The position numbers and the translations under genes are program-made. Below the pieces are notes generated by a model. That model had not been told where the DNA came from. It saw only the letters and a list, made by a program, of their open reading frames with translations, and did no database searches. This document shows, in pieces, positions 1 through 7,199 of a stretch of DNA of 16,681 nt (position 1 is its first letter; each line of letters opens with the position of its first letter). This stretch comes from Archangiaceae bacterium (GTDB lineage Bacteria; Myxococcota; Myxococcia; Myxococcales; Myxococcaceae): positions 1-16,681 of the forward strand of contig JAYVCD010000170.1 of NCBI GenBank assembly GCA_043750125.1, written 5' to 3'.

Positions 1-750
1 AAACGGGTAGCCGATGCGCTTGTCCGAGCCCATGCCCTTGCGCACCGAGTCCACGTCCGCTCCGACCCGCTCGCAGACCATCGCGATGTCGTTCATGAAG
101 GAAATCCGCGTCGCCAGCATCGCGTTCGCTGCGTACTTGGTAAGCTCGGCGCTCTTGGTGTCCATGAAAATAATCGGGTTCTCGGTGCGAACGAACGGGG
201 CGTAGAGGTCGGCCATCACCTTGCGCGCCTTTTCGCTGTCGACGCCGATCACCACCCGGTCGGGCTTGAGGAAGTCGTCGATCGCCGCTCCCTCTTTGAG
301 GAACTCGGGGTTGCTGACCACATCGAACGGGTGCTGGGTGAGCTCAGCAATCGCCTCGCGCACCTTCTGGGCAGTCCCGACCGGTACGGTGCTCTTGTCG
401 ACCACCACCGTGTAATGCGTCATCGCCGCGCCAATCTGCCTTGCGGCCGCGAGCACGTACTGCAAGTCGGCATCGCCCGTCTCGCCTTCCGGAGTTCCGA
501 CCGCGATGAACACCACCCGGGCCGGCCCGACCGCGGCAGCCAGGTCGGTGGTGAAGGTCAGCCGCTTGTCCTTCACGTTCTTGGTGATGAGCTCTTCGAG
601 CCCGGGCTCATAGATCGGCACCTCGCCGGCCTGAAGCTTCGCCACTTTCTTCGCGTCGATGTCGACGCACACCACGTCATTGCCACTGTCTGCGAAGCAG
701 GTGCCTGCGACGAGCCCGACGTAACCACTCCCGATGACCGCGATTTTCAT
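1..750 (-). CDS. ugd: UDP-glucose/GDP-mannose dehydrogenase family protein (N-terminal 250 codons; runs off the window start)
   Basis: Not in the ORF track because it has no stop in the window. Manual translation from ATG at 750 gives [32 protein letters not shown]...[10 protein letters not shown]...FIAVGTP...[11 protein letters not shown]...SNPEFLKEG...[23 protein letters not shown], i.e. a Rossmann GxGxxG plus the UDPGDH signature motifs. Confidence 0.95.
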   Translation of the reverse strand, partial: MKIAVIGSGYVGLVAGTCFADSGNDVVCVDIDAKKVAKLQAGEVPIYEPGLEELITKNVKDKRLTFTTDLAAAVGPARVVFIAVGTPEGETGDADLQYVLAAARQIGAAMTHYTVVVDKSTVPVGTAQKVREAIAELTQHPFDVVSNPEFLKEGAAIDDFLKPDRVVIGVDSEKARKVMADLYAPFVRTENPIIFMDTKSAELTKYAANAMLATRISFMNDIAMVCERVGADVDSVRKGMGSDKRIGYPF

Positions 751-767
751 TGGGCGCCGACCCTAGT
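748..767 (-). promoter_or_regulatory. Putative -10 element (TAGGGT) 9 nt upstream of the ugd start codon; possible leaderless or very short leader promoter
   Basis: The minus strand reads ACTAGGGTCGGCGCCCA-ATG: TANNNT, then a GC-rich spacer, with no Shine-Dalgarno. It is 17/20 identical to the sequence before the Rieske ATG. Confidence 0.5.
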
Positions 768-785
768 GGCAGCGTGCAGCCACTG

Positions 786-1745
786 TCACGCTCCGGTGAG
801 CAGCTCCCGGACCTGAGTTTCGATGCGGTAACTCTGGGTCCGACCCACCTGCGCGACCTGCGCCACCAGCAGCCGATCGATGAGCTCGCGGGTCGGCCAG
901 TTCAGCTCGGGCTTGAGGCGCTCTACCGCTTCGGCGGTCTCCGGATACAGCTGCTCGACGATCGCCAGGCAGGCGTAGAGCGCGCGATCGAGCTTCCACG
1001 CCCGGGCCCGGGCCAAGATCGCCCTCGCATCGAAGGCGCGCGAGTACACCGAGCCCATCGAGGGAGCGCCCAGGATCAACTCTCGCAAATCGACCCACTC
1101 GAGCATCGGAACCTCGAAGCGCGCCTGCGAGACCAGCAACGCGTGAACCAGAATCGCGTCTTCCAGCTCGAGGCGGAACATCGAGGAACCCATCACCTTC
1201 ATCGGCAGCGCCCGGGTGCGCAGCGACTCGTCATCGGCCGTGAGCTTCCCGTGAAGCAGAATCAACGTTCGGCCGTCACTGACCGCGCGCTCGGCCGACC
1301 CTGCCTCTTCCCCCGGCGGCAGCTCTTTGAACTCGGCGCCTTTCAAGAACCCGATGAACCCGTCGAGATCGGACGGCGGCAACAACAGCCGCAGCTCGAT
1401 CACCGGACGAAACGCGACATGGGGGTAGAGGCTCTCGGCGAAGCAGCCCGCCCCCAGCAAAATCACCTTCCGGCCTTCGAGGTCGTCCACCGAGCGCTTG
1501 AAGTTGACCAGCTTCATCACGTTGTCGTTCAGCGTGCCCTGGTACAGCGACAACAGCCGATCGCGCGCCCATTCCGGAGCCCCTGCTCCGCCCAGCCGGT
1601 ATTCGAGGTTGTAGGCCGACAACGGCGCCAGACCCTGCCCCACCGCCCAATCGACGTACTGTTCCCACGGAGCACCCCTCAGGTCGACGCGGGCGGGCGC
1701 GAACGAGGTGAGCGTGCGGAACATTTCGGTGAGCGTGGCCGGCAT
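786..1745 (-). CDS. Uncharacterised nucleotidyltransferase-family (NTP_transf_5-like) protein, catalytic motif degenerate
   Basis: 319-aa ORF co-oriented with ugd. QGLAPL...KVILLGAGCFAESLYPHVAFRPVIELRLLL resembles the family pattern LKG..LA..LYP....R...DIDLL, and LEDAILVHALL...WVDLRELI matches the C-terminal region. Confidence 0.7.
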   Translation of the reverse strand: MPATLTEMFRTLTSFAPARVDLRGAPWEQYVDWAVGQGLAPLSAYNLEYRLGGAGAPEWARDRLLSLYQGTLNDNVMKLVNFKRSVDDLEGRKVILLGAGCFAESLYPHVAFRPVIELRLLLPPSDLDGFIGFLKGAEFKELPPGEEAGSAERAVSDGRTLILLHGKLTADDESLRTRALPMKVMGSSMFRLELEDAILVHALLVSQARFEVPMLEWVDLRELILGAPSMGSVYSRAFDARAILARARAWKLDRALYACLAIVEQLYPETAEAVERLKPELNWPTRELIDRLLVAQVAQVGRTQSYRIETQVRELLTGA

Positions 1746-1789
1746 CGGGTGAAAGGGGTATGCCCTATGTCGGCCGCAGGCACTCCAAA

Positions 1790-3046
1790 ATGATCTCTGT
1801 CGTCATTCCCATCACCCCGTCGACCGCAAAAGCCGCGGCGCTGTTGCAAGAGGCGCTGACCGGCCTGGGCACCCAGGTCGTGCTCGCCCCCTCTGAGGCG
1901 GGTCGAGGCGCGGCGCTCAAAAGCGCCCTGACCCAGGTCACCGGCGAAGTCACGGTGGTGCAGGAGCCGGACCCGGGGTGGCAGCCGCAACAGCTGGCCT
2001 GCCTGACCCGACCGATTCTCGAAGGTCACGCTGACGTGGTGGTGGCCAGCCGGGTGGGGTTGTCCACGCCCGAGCGCGCGCTGGCCGCACTGGCCCGAAA
2101 GGTCGCCCAGGTCGAAGTCGCCGACCCGCTGTCGACCCGCCGAGCGTTTCGGACCCAGCTGCTGCGCGACACCGACTTCAAGGACGACATCGACGCCGGC
2201 TTGTTGGTCAAAGTGGCCGCTCAGCTCTACCGCTTCGACGAAGTGCCGGCGCACGGGTCTGTCGCCTCGCGCAGTCCGGCCGAAGTGTGGTCGCTGGGAC
2301 GGACGCTGCTGCGCTACGCGACGACCGACAACGACGCAGACAATGCGCACGAGGGCTACACCACTCTGGCCCGAATGGAATCGGGCGCTCCGAATTACAA
2401 CACCTGGTTGGGGCAGCGTTTCAAACAGCACGCCGGCGCGCGGGTGCTGGAAATCGGAGCCGGCATCGGCACCATCACCGCCCTGCTCGCCGAGGGCCGC
2501 GAAAAGGTGGTCGCGCTCGAGGTCGACCCGTTCTACGTGCGCCGGCTGCAGAATCGGTTTCGGGGAATTCCCCAGGTCCTGCCCTACCTGTCCGACGTGG
2601 CGCTCGCCGACTTCGAGCAGCTGGCCAAAGAGCAGTTCGACTCGATCGTGCTGTCCAACGTGATGGAGCACATTCCCGACGACGGGGGAGCGGTGCGGCG
2701 CTTCGCCCAGATCCTCGGGCCCAACGGCAAAGTGTTGATCGTCGTGCCCGCGCTGCCTTCGATTTTCGGAGCGCTCGACGAGGCGGTCGGCCACCATCGC
2801 CGCTACACCCCGGCGTCGCTGCGCGCGGTGCTCGACTCGAATGGCTTCGAAGTCGAGGTGCTCGAGTGGATGAACCTGGTCGGAATTCCGGGGTGGTTCG
2901 TGAACGGAAAGTTGCTGCGCCGCCGGTCGATGCCGCCGCTGCAGCTGCGCCTGTACGACCAGCTGGCCCCCTGGCTGGCCCGCGCTGAGTCGAAGGTAAA
3001 GCTGCCCGTGGGAATGAGCCTGTTCTGCGTGGCGCGCCGACGCTGA
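1790..3046 (+). CDS. Fusion of a degenerate GT2 glycosyltransferase-like domain and a class I SAM-dependent methyltransferase
   Basis: Start placed at ATG 1790 (MISVVIP, a typical GT2 first strand); ATG 1760 is an alternative. GT2-like remnants: GRGAALKSAL..VTGEVTVVQEPD, PILEGHADVVVASR. MTase motifs: VLEIGAGIG, FDSIVLSNVMEHIPDD, LIVVPA, D..VGHHRRY. Confidence 0.85.
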   Translation: MISVVIPITPSTAKAAALLQEALTGLGTQVVLAPSEAGRGAALKSALTQVTGEVTVVQEPDPGWQPQQLACLTRPILEGHADVVVASRVGLSTPERALAALARKVAQVEVADPLSTRRAFRTQLLRDTDFKDDIDAGLLVKVAAQLYRFDEVPAHGSVASRSPAEVWSLGRTLLRYATTDNDADNAHEGYTTLARMESGAPNYNTWLGQRFKQHAGARVLEIGAGIGTITALLAEGREKVVALEVDPFYVRRLQNRFRGIPQVLPYLSDVALADFEQLAKEQFDSIVLSNVMEHIPDDGGAVRRFAQILGPNGKVLIVVPALPSIFGALDEAVGHHRRYTPASLRAVLDSNGFEVEVLEWMNLVGIPGWFVNGKLLRRRSMPPLQLRLYDQLAPWLARAESKVKLPVGMSLFCVARRR

Positions 3047-3053
3047 AGAAAAG

Positions 3054-4514
3054 TCAGCGCGCCGGCCGCTTCAACCCCAGGCGCGACATCCGGTAGACAA
3101 CCGTCCTGCGCGGCAGCCCCAGACGCGTCGCGGCAGCCGTCACATTCCACCGGGTGCGACCGAGCGCCTCGAGCAGCAGCTCGCGCTCGGTGGCCTTGAG
3201 CGCGCCGCGCAGGCTCTCGGGGGGCGCCTCGTGGGTCAGCCGCTCGGGAAGAGCATCACGGCCGATCTCGTCGCGGAGCGCCGCGCGCGCCGCCCGCGTC
3301 ACCACGTTCTTCAGCTCGCGTACATTGCCCGGCCAGCGGTAGCGCACGAACAGCCCCTGCGCTTCGTCCGACAAGACCAGCCGCGGGCGGGCCAGGCGGG
3401 TGCGCACCGAGGAAAGAAAATGATCTGCCAGCGGTAGGACGTCCGCCGGGCGATCTGCGAGCGCCGGAATCTTCAGCCGCACGCTGAACAGCGCGGGGTG
3501 CTCGTTCAGCCCCAACGTCACCCACACCTTGCCCCGGGCTTGCGCGAGCAGCGCCTGCAGCGCCTCGGCAGACAGCAAGCCCACTTCGCGCACCACCAGG
3601 CCCCCGCTTCCGAGCTCTTCGAGAGCCCGCGCCAACCCCAGCGTGTCCGCGGCATGAATCACCGCAGCAGCCGGCCCGGCCAACACCCGCGCGAAAGTGG
3701 CCCGGCCTGCCCCGGACGGCCCCTCGACCGCCGCAGGCCCGGCCTGCTCGCGCAGACTCTCGGCCGCGCCGAGCAGCCGCACCATCACTGGCTCGCTCAT
3801 CACCGGCTCGGGCGGCCAGTCCTGCTCGGGCGCCAATCGCTCGAGTGCGCGCTCGATCAACGACTCGGCATCTATGCCGTCGACGGGTGAAAAGGCGCTC
3901 ACCACTTTGGCGCGCGGCCCCGCCACTTCCGGCAGCCGGGCCAGCAGGGCGCTCAACATCGGTGCGGTCAACTCGGGGACGACGGCCGCCAGCACTTCGG
4001 AAGTGAACTGGCCCCAGCAGGTCGCGGGCTGAACCCCGTGCGTCGCCTCGGACAGCCGCCGCAGCAGGGAAAGGCGGGCCGAAGTGTTGAGCGGCGGCAT
4101 CGCGACCAGGACCAGGCCCACCGACCGATGCTGTCCCGCGCGCAGCGTCTCGTCGTCCAGCCGCGAAGACAGCTCGTCGTGCCCGGCCAGGCGGGGTCGA
4201 CCCGGCGCGGGCGAGGCGGCTTTGAGGAAGATGAGCCGCGCGTCGGCGAGCGCCAGCTCATCGCCTGCACGAGCGACCACCGCCGCGGACAGCTGCACCT
4301 CGTTGAGCAGCACGCCGCCGGAACCTCCGAGCAGCTCGACCAACACCCCGTCTTCGCGCGCGGTCAACGTCAACTGCTTCGCGGCGATTCGGGGGTTGGG
4401 CAGCGTGACCTGGACCCCCGGCCCCCGCCCCACCACCACCGCCCGCCCAAGGGGCAACTCGACCGGGAAAGCGCTTTGAGGCAACACCACGAGCACAGAG
4501 AACTTGGGCTGCAT
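3054..4514 (-). CDS. FHA-like + GGDEF-like + degenerate sigma54-activator AAA+ + Fis-type HTH transcriptional regulator (486 aa)
   Basis: Start placed at ATG 4514 (MQPKFSVLVV) because the longer ORF to 4904 would overlap the Rieske gene. Recognisable motifs: VVVGRG (FHA), GPSGAGRA (Walker A-like), IPALADRPADV, YRWPGNVRELKNVV (sensor II), ALGRTRWNVTAAATRLGLPRRTVVYRMSRLGL (Fis HTH). Confidence 0.85.
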   Translation of the reverse strand: MQPKFSVLVVLPQSAFPVELPLGRAVVVGRGPGVQVTLPNPRIAAKQLTLTAREDGVLVELLGGSGGVLLNEVQLSAAVVARAGDELALADARLIFLKAASPAPGRPRLAGHDELSSRLDDETLRAGQHRSVGLVLVAMPPLNTSARLSLLRRLSEATHGVQPATCWGQFTSEVLAAVVPELTAPMLSALLARLPEVAGPRAKVVSAFSPVDGIDAESLIERALERLAPEQDWPPEPVMSEPVMVRLLGAAESLREQAGPAAVEGPSGAGRATFARVLAGPAAAVIHAADTLGLARALEELGSGGLVVREVGLLSAEALQALLAQARGKVWVTLGLNEHPALFSVRLKIPALADRPADVLPLADHFLSSVRTRLARPRLVLSDEAQGLFVRYRWPGNVRELKNVVTRAARAALRDEIGRDALPERLTHEAPPESLRGALKATERELLLEALGRTRWNVTAAATRLGLPRRTVVYRMSRLGLKRPAR

Positions 4515-4541
4515 GGGGGTCGTAACTATAGTCCGCGCCCA
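4515..4541. promoter_or_regulatory. 27-bp divergent intergenic region with palindromic ACTATAGT (candidate bidirectional -10 element)
   Basis: ACTATAGT at 4525-4532 is its own reverse complement. TATAGT lies 9 nt before ATG 4542 (+) and 10 nt before ATG 4514 (-). It is the only AT-rich patch locally, and no clear SD precedes either ATG. Confidence 0.6.
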
Positions 4542-5051
4542 ATGGCGACTTCGGATCGACGTGGGTTCCTGAAGATTCTCACCGGTTTGTTTGGAGCTGC
4601 CATCGCAGCCGTCGCGACAGTCCCCCTGCTGGGCGCGGCGCTCACGCCCTTGATTCGCAGGAAAGACGACGACAACAAGCTCATCAAGGCGGTCCCGGAA
4701 AAGGACCTGGTCGTCGGAGTCCCCCGCCGGGTCGAGCTCACCGCAGTCGTCGTCGACGGCTGGACCCGTGCGGTCGGTGTCGTAGGCGCGGCCTGGCTGC
4801 TGAAGAAGGCCGATGGGTCGATCAGCGCGCTTTCGAGCGTCTGTCCCCACTCGGGGTGCGGCATTGGGCAGAAGACCAAAGAGACCTACGGCTGCCCCTG
4901 TCACGCCTCGGCGTTTTCGTTCGACGGCACCGCGCTCGAAGGGCCGTCGCCGCGCACGATGGATCCTCTGCCGGTCGAGGTGAGAGACGGAATGGTCTTC
5001 GTGAAGTGGATGCGCTTCAAGGTCGGAGTCAAAGAGCGGCGGCCCGCCTGA
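4542..5051 (+). CDS. Rieske 2Fe-2S subunit of a quinol:cytochrome c oxidoreductase (QcrA/PetC-like), 169 aa
   Basis: Twin-arginine motif SDRRGFLK followed by a hydrophobic anchor; Rieske boxes CPHSGC and CPCHASAF; GPSPRTMDPL proline loop. Confidence 0.93.
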   Translation: MATSDRRGFLKILTGLFGAAIAAVATVPLLGAALTPLIRRKDDDNKLIKAVPEKDLVVGVPRRVELTAVVVDGWTRAVGVVGAAWLLKKADGSISALSSVCPHSGCGIGQKTKETYGCPCHASAFSFDGTALEGPSPRTMDPLPVEVRDGMVFVKWMRFKVGVKERRPA

Positions 5052-6766
5052 TGCTGCGTCCCATCGTCAGGTGGCTCGACGTTCGAACGTCCCACCGCGT
5101 TGGCTTCAGCTCGCTGCTCGAGTCGCCCCTGCCCGGGGGCGCACATTGGGCCCGGACCTTCGGCGCGTTGGTCCTCATTCTCTTCGCGGTCGAAGCCATG
5201 ACCGGCTTCGGTCTGTCGCTCTGGTACGCGCCGACGACCACCGACGCCTGGGCCAGCGTCCACTTCATTGAGCACCAGCTGACTTTGGGGTGGATGTTGC
5301 GCGGCCTTCACCACGTGACCGGCAACGTGCTGATCGTGGTCGCAATCTTCCACCTGCTGCAGGCGATTCTGTGGGGCGCATGGAAGGCCCCCCGAGAGCT
5401 CAGCTGGATTGCCGGACTGCTCGGACTTCAGGTGCTGATCCTCATCTCGCACACCGGCTACCTGCTGCCGTGGGACCTTCGCGCCTATTGGGCGACCCAG
5501 GTGTTGGTCGGCATTGCCGGCAACCAACCGCAGGTCGGCGAATTGGCGGTGCGACTGATTCAGGGCGGGCCCGAAGTCGGCAACACCACGCTGACCCATT
5601 TGTACTCGATGCACGTGTTGCTCACCCCCGGCCTGTTCGCGGGTGCGATCGCGCTGCACTTCTGGCTCAAGCGCAAACACGGAGAGCTCGCGCCCCCCCG
5701 AATGACGCCGGAACTGGCGGCTGAAAAAGCCCAGACCTATTTTCCTCACCAGCTCGTCCGCGATCTGTTCGCGGGAATGGTGGTGATGCTCGGCATCGCG
5801 CTGTGGGTCTGGCGTCAGGGTGGAGTCGAGCTGGGGGCTCCGGCCGACCCGGCGATCGAATACGTCGCCCGCCCCGAATGGTACTTCCTGCCGATCTTCC
5901 ACTTGCGCCACTGGTTCACCGGCTCGAGCGAGTTCATCGCGACCACGGTCATTCCCGGCATCGCGATCACCTGGCTTGCCAGTCTTCCTTTCGTTTACCA
6001 GCGGCTGGCTCCCCGGCTGAAGAACGCAGAGAAGATCCTCATCGGCAGCACGACGTTTGGTTTCGCTCTCGCCATCTACCTGGGGGTTTCGACCGCGATG
6101 GTCGACGCGAGCAACACCGAAGAGTTGAAGATCAACGCCAAGGCCGAAGTGTGGGCGAAGCAGGCGCAGCAGCTGGCGATGATCGGGGTGCCGGTGGGCG
6201 GGCCGCTGACGCTGTACCAGAACGATCCCCACCTCTGGGGCCAGAAGGTCTTCGAGCGCGAATGCGTGGCCTGTCACGCGGCGGGCGACACCAAGCCCTA
6301 CGAAGGAGCCATCTGCCTCGATGGTTACGCCTCTCGCACCTGGCTCAAGAAGTTCATGCGCCAGCCCGATGCCTCACACTTCTTTGGCAACACCAAGATC
6401 GACGAAATGGACGCCTTCAAGGGCAATGACGACAAGCTCGACGCGATCGTCGAGTTCCTCTACCAGCAGAGCGCGAAGAGCGACGCCGACCCGAAGCTCG
6501 CCGCTGAAGGTGCGGTGCTGTACGAAAAAGAAGGCTGCCTCGAGTGCCACTCACTCGATGGAGTCGGAACCGGCAACGCCGCAGACCTCAAGGGGTGGGC
6601 GAGCGAAGCCTGGCTTTCCGCTTTCATTCGCGAGCCCGGACATGAGCGTTTTTACGGGAAGCTCAACGAGATGGACGACTTCGACAGCGAGAAGCTCAGC
6701 AAGACCGAGCTGCAGATGGTGATCGGTTGGCTGCGCGCTCAGTCCGATGAAAAAGTCGACTTCTGA
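5051..6766 (+). CDS. Cytochrome b (b6-like plus subunit IV-like part, unsplit) fused to a C-terminal diheme cytochrome c, 571 aa
   Basis: ATG 5051 overlaps the Rieske stop (TGATG). Heme b ligand helices RGLHHVTGNVLIVVAIFH and YSMHVLLTPGLFAGAIALH; TGYLLPWD; Qo motif PEWY; two CxxCH motifs (CVACH, CLECH). Confidence 0.93.
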   Translation: MLRPIVRWLDVRTSHRVGFSSLLESPLPGGAHWARTFGALVLILFAVEAMTGFGLSLWYAPTTTDAWASVHFIEHQLTLGWMLRGLHHVTGNVLIVVAIFHLLQAILWGAWKAPRELSWIAGLLGLQVLILISHTGYLLPWDLRAYWATQVLVGIAGNQPQVGELAVRLIQGGPEVGNTTLTHLYSMHVLLTPGLFAGAIALHFWLKRKHGELAPPRMTPELAAEKAQTYFPHQLVRDLFAGMVVMLGIALWVWRQGGVELGAPADPAIEYVARPEWYFLPIFHLRHWFTGSSEFIATTVIPGIAITWLASLPFVYQRLAPRLKNAEKILIGSTTFGFALAIYLGVSTAMVDASNTEELKINAKAEVWAKQAQQLAMIGVPVGGPLTLYQNDPHLWGQKVFERECVACHAAGDTKPYEGAICLDGYASRTWLKKFMRQPDASHFFGNTKIDEMDAFKGNDDKLDAIVEFLYQQSAKSDADPKLAAEGAVLYEKEGCLECHSLDGVGTGNAADLKGWASEAWLSAFIREPGHERFYGKLNEMDDFDSEKLSKTELQMVIGWLRAQSDEKVDF

Positions 6767-6846
6767 AGCCACCAACGCCCCTTACTTGAATCCTGCATTT
6801 GGCTGTACCGTCGGACCCCATCTGACCAACCCGGAGGCCGTTCCAG

Positions 6847-7167
6847 ATGAAGCTGCTTCGCGCCGCACTGCTGATTTCCTTCTCGTTCACTGCCGTCACC
6901 CACGCGGACACCGTTCCCGAAATCTGGAAAGCCAAGTGCAAGAGCTGTCACGGTGAGGGCGGTAAGGCCGACACCAAATCGGGCAAGAAAGAGAAGATCG
7001 AGGACATGACCGTTGCGGCCTGGCAGACCGAGTGGACCGACGAAAAGATGAAGACGGTCATCCTCGAAGGCTCGAAAGACAACAAGAAGATGAAGCCGTT
7101 CAAAGGCAAGCTGTCGGCGGAAGAAGTCGACGGATTGATCAAGCACATCAGGGGCTTCAAGCAGTGA
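6847..7167 (+). CDS. Periplasmic monoheme class I c-type cytochrome, 106 aa
   Basis: Sec signal peptide MKLLRAALLISFSFTAVTHA-D, CKSCH, distal Met in KMKPF, C-terminal helix LSAEEVDGLIKHIR; GGAGG lies upstream. Confidence 0.92.
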   Translation: MKLLRAALLISFSFTAVTHADTVPEIWKAKCKSCHGEGGKADTKSGKKEKIEDMTVAAWQTEWTDEKMKTVILEGSKDNKKMKPFKGKLSAEEVDGLIKHIRGFKQ

Positions 7168-7199
7168 ATTTGGCTGGGGCCACCAGGGTCGGGAAACGA

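Noticed and set aside
765..784. AGTGGC-N8-GCCACT hairpin between the NTase gene and ugd as a terminator
   Set aside because: Only a 6-bp stem with no U-tract on either strand; too weak to call.
1754..1766. Imperfect palindrome AGGGGTATGCCCT in the 44-bp divergent gap
   Set aside because: Short and imperfect, with no second copy seen; could be chance in GC-rich DNA.
3054..4514. Calling the degenerate regulator a pseudogene
   Set aside because: The frame is uninterrupted, deletions are in frame, and sensor II and the HTH are well preserved; decay is not excluded but is unsupported.
4515..4904. N-terminal extension of the regulator ORF to 4904, and the similar extensions of the Rieske ORF to 4038 and cytochrome b ORF to 4856
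   Set aside because: These extensions overlap neighbouring genes; domain boundaries, the Tat motif position and the TGATG coupling support starts at 4514, 4542 and 5051.
6767..6846. Possible sigma70 or sigma54 promoter before the cytochrome c gene
   Set aside because: TTGAAT and TACCGT are only 14 nt apart, and I found no convincing sigma54 consensus (TGGCAC-N5-TTGC).
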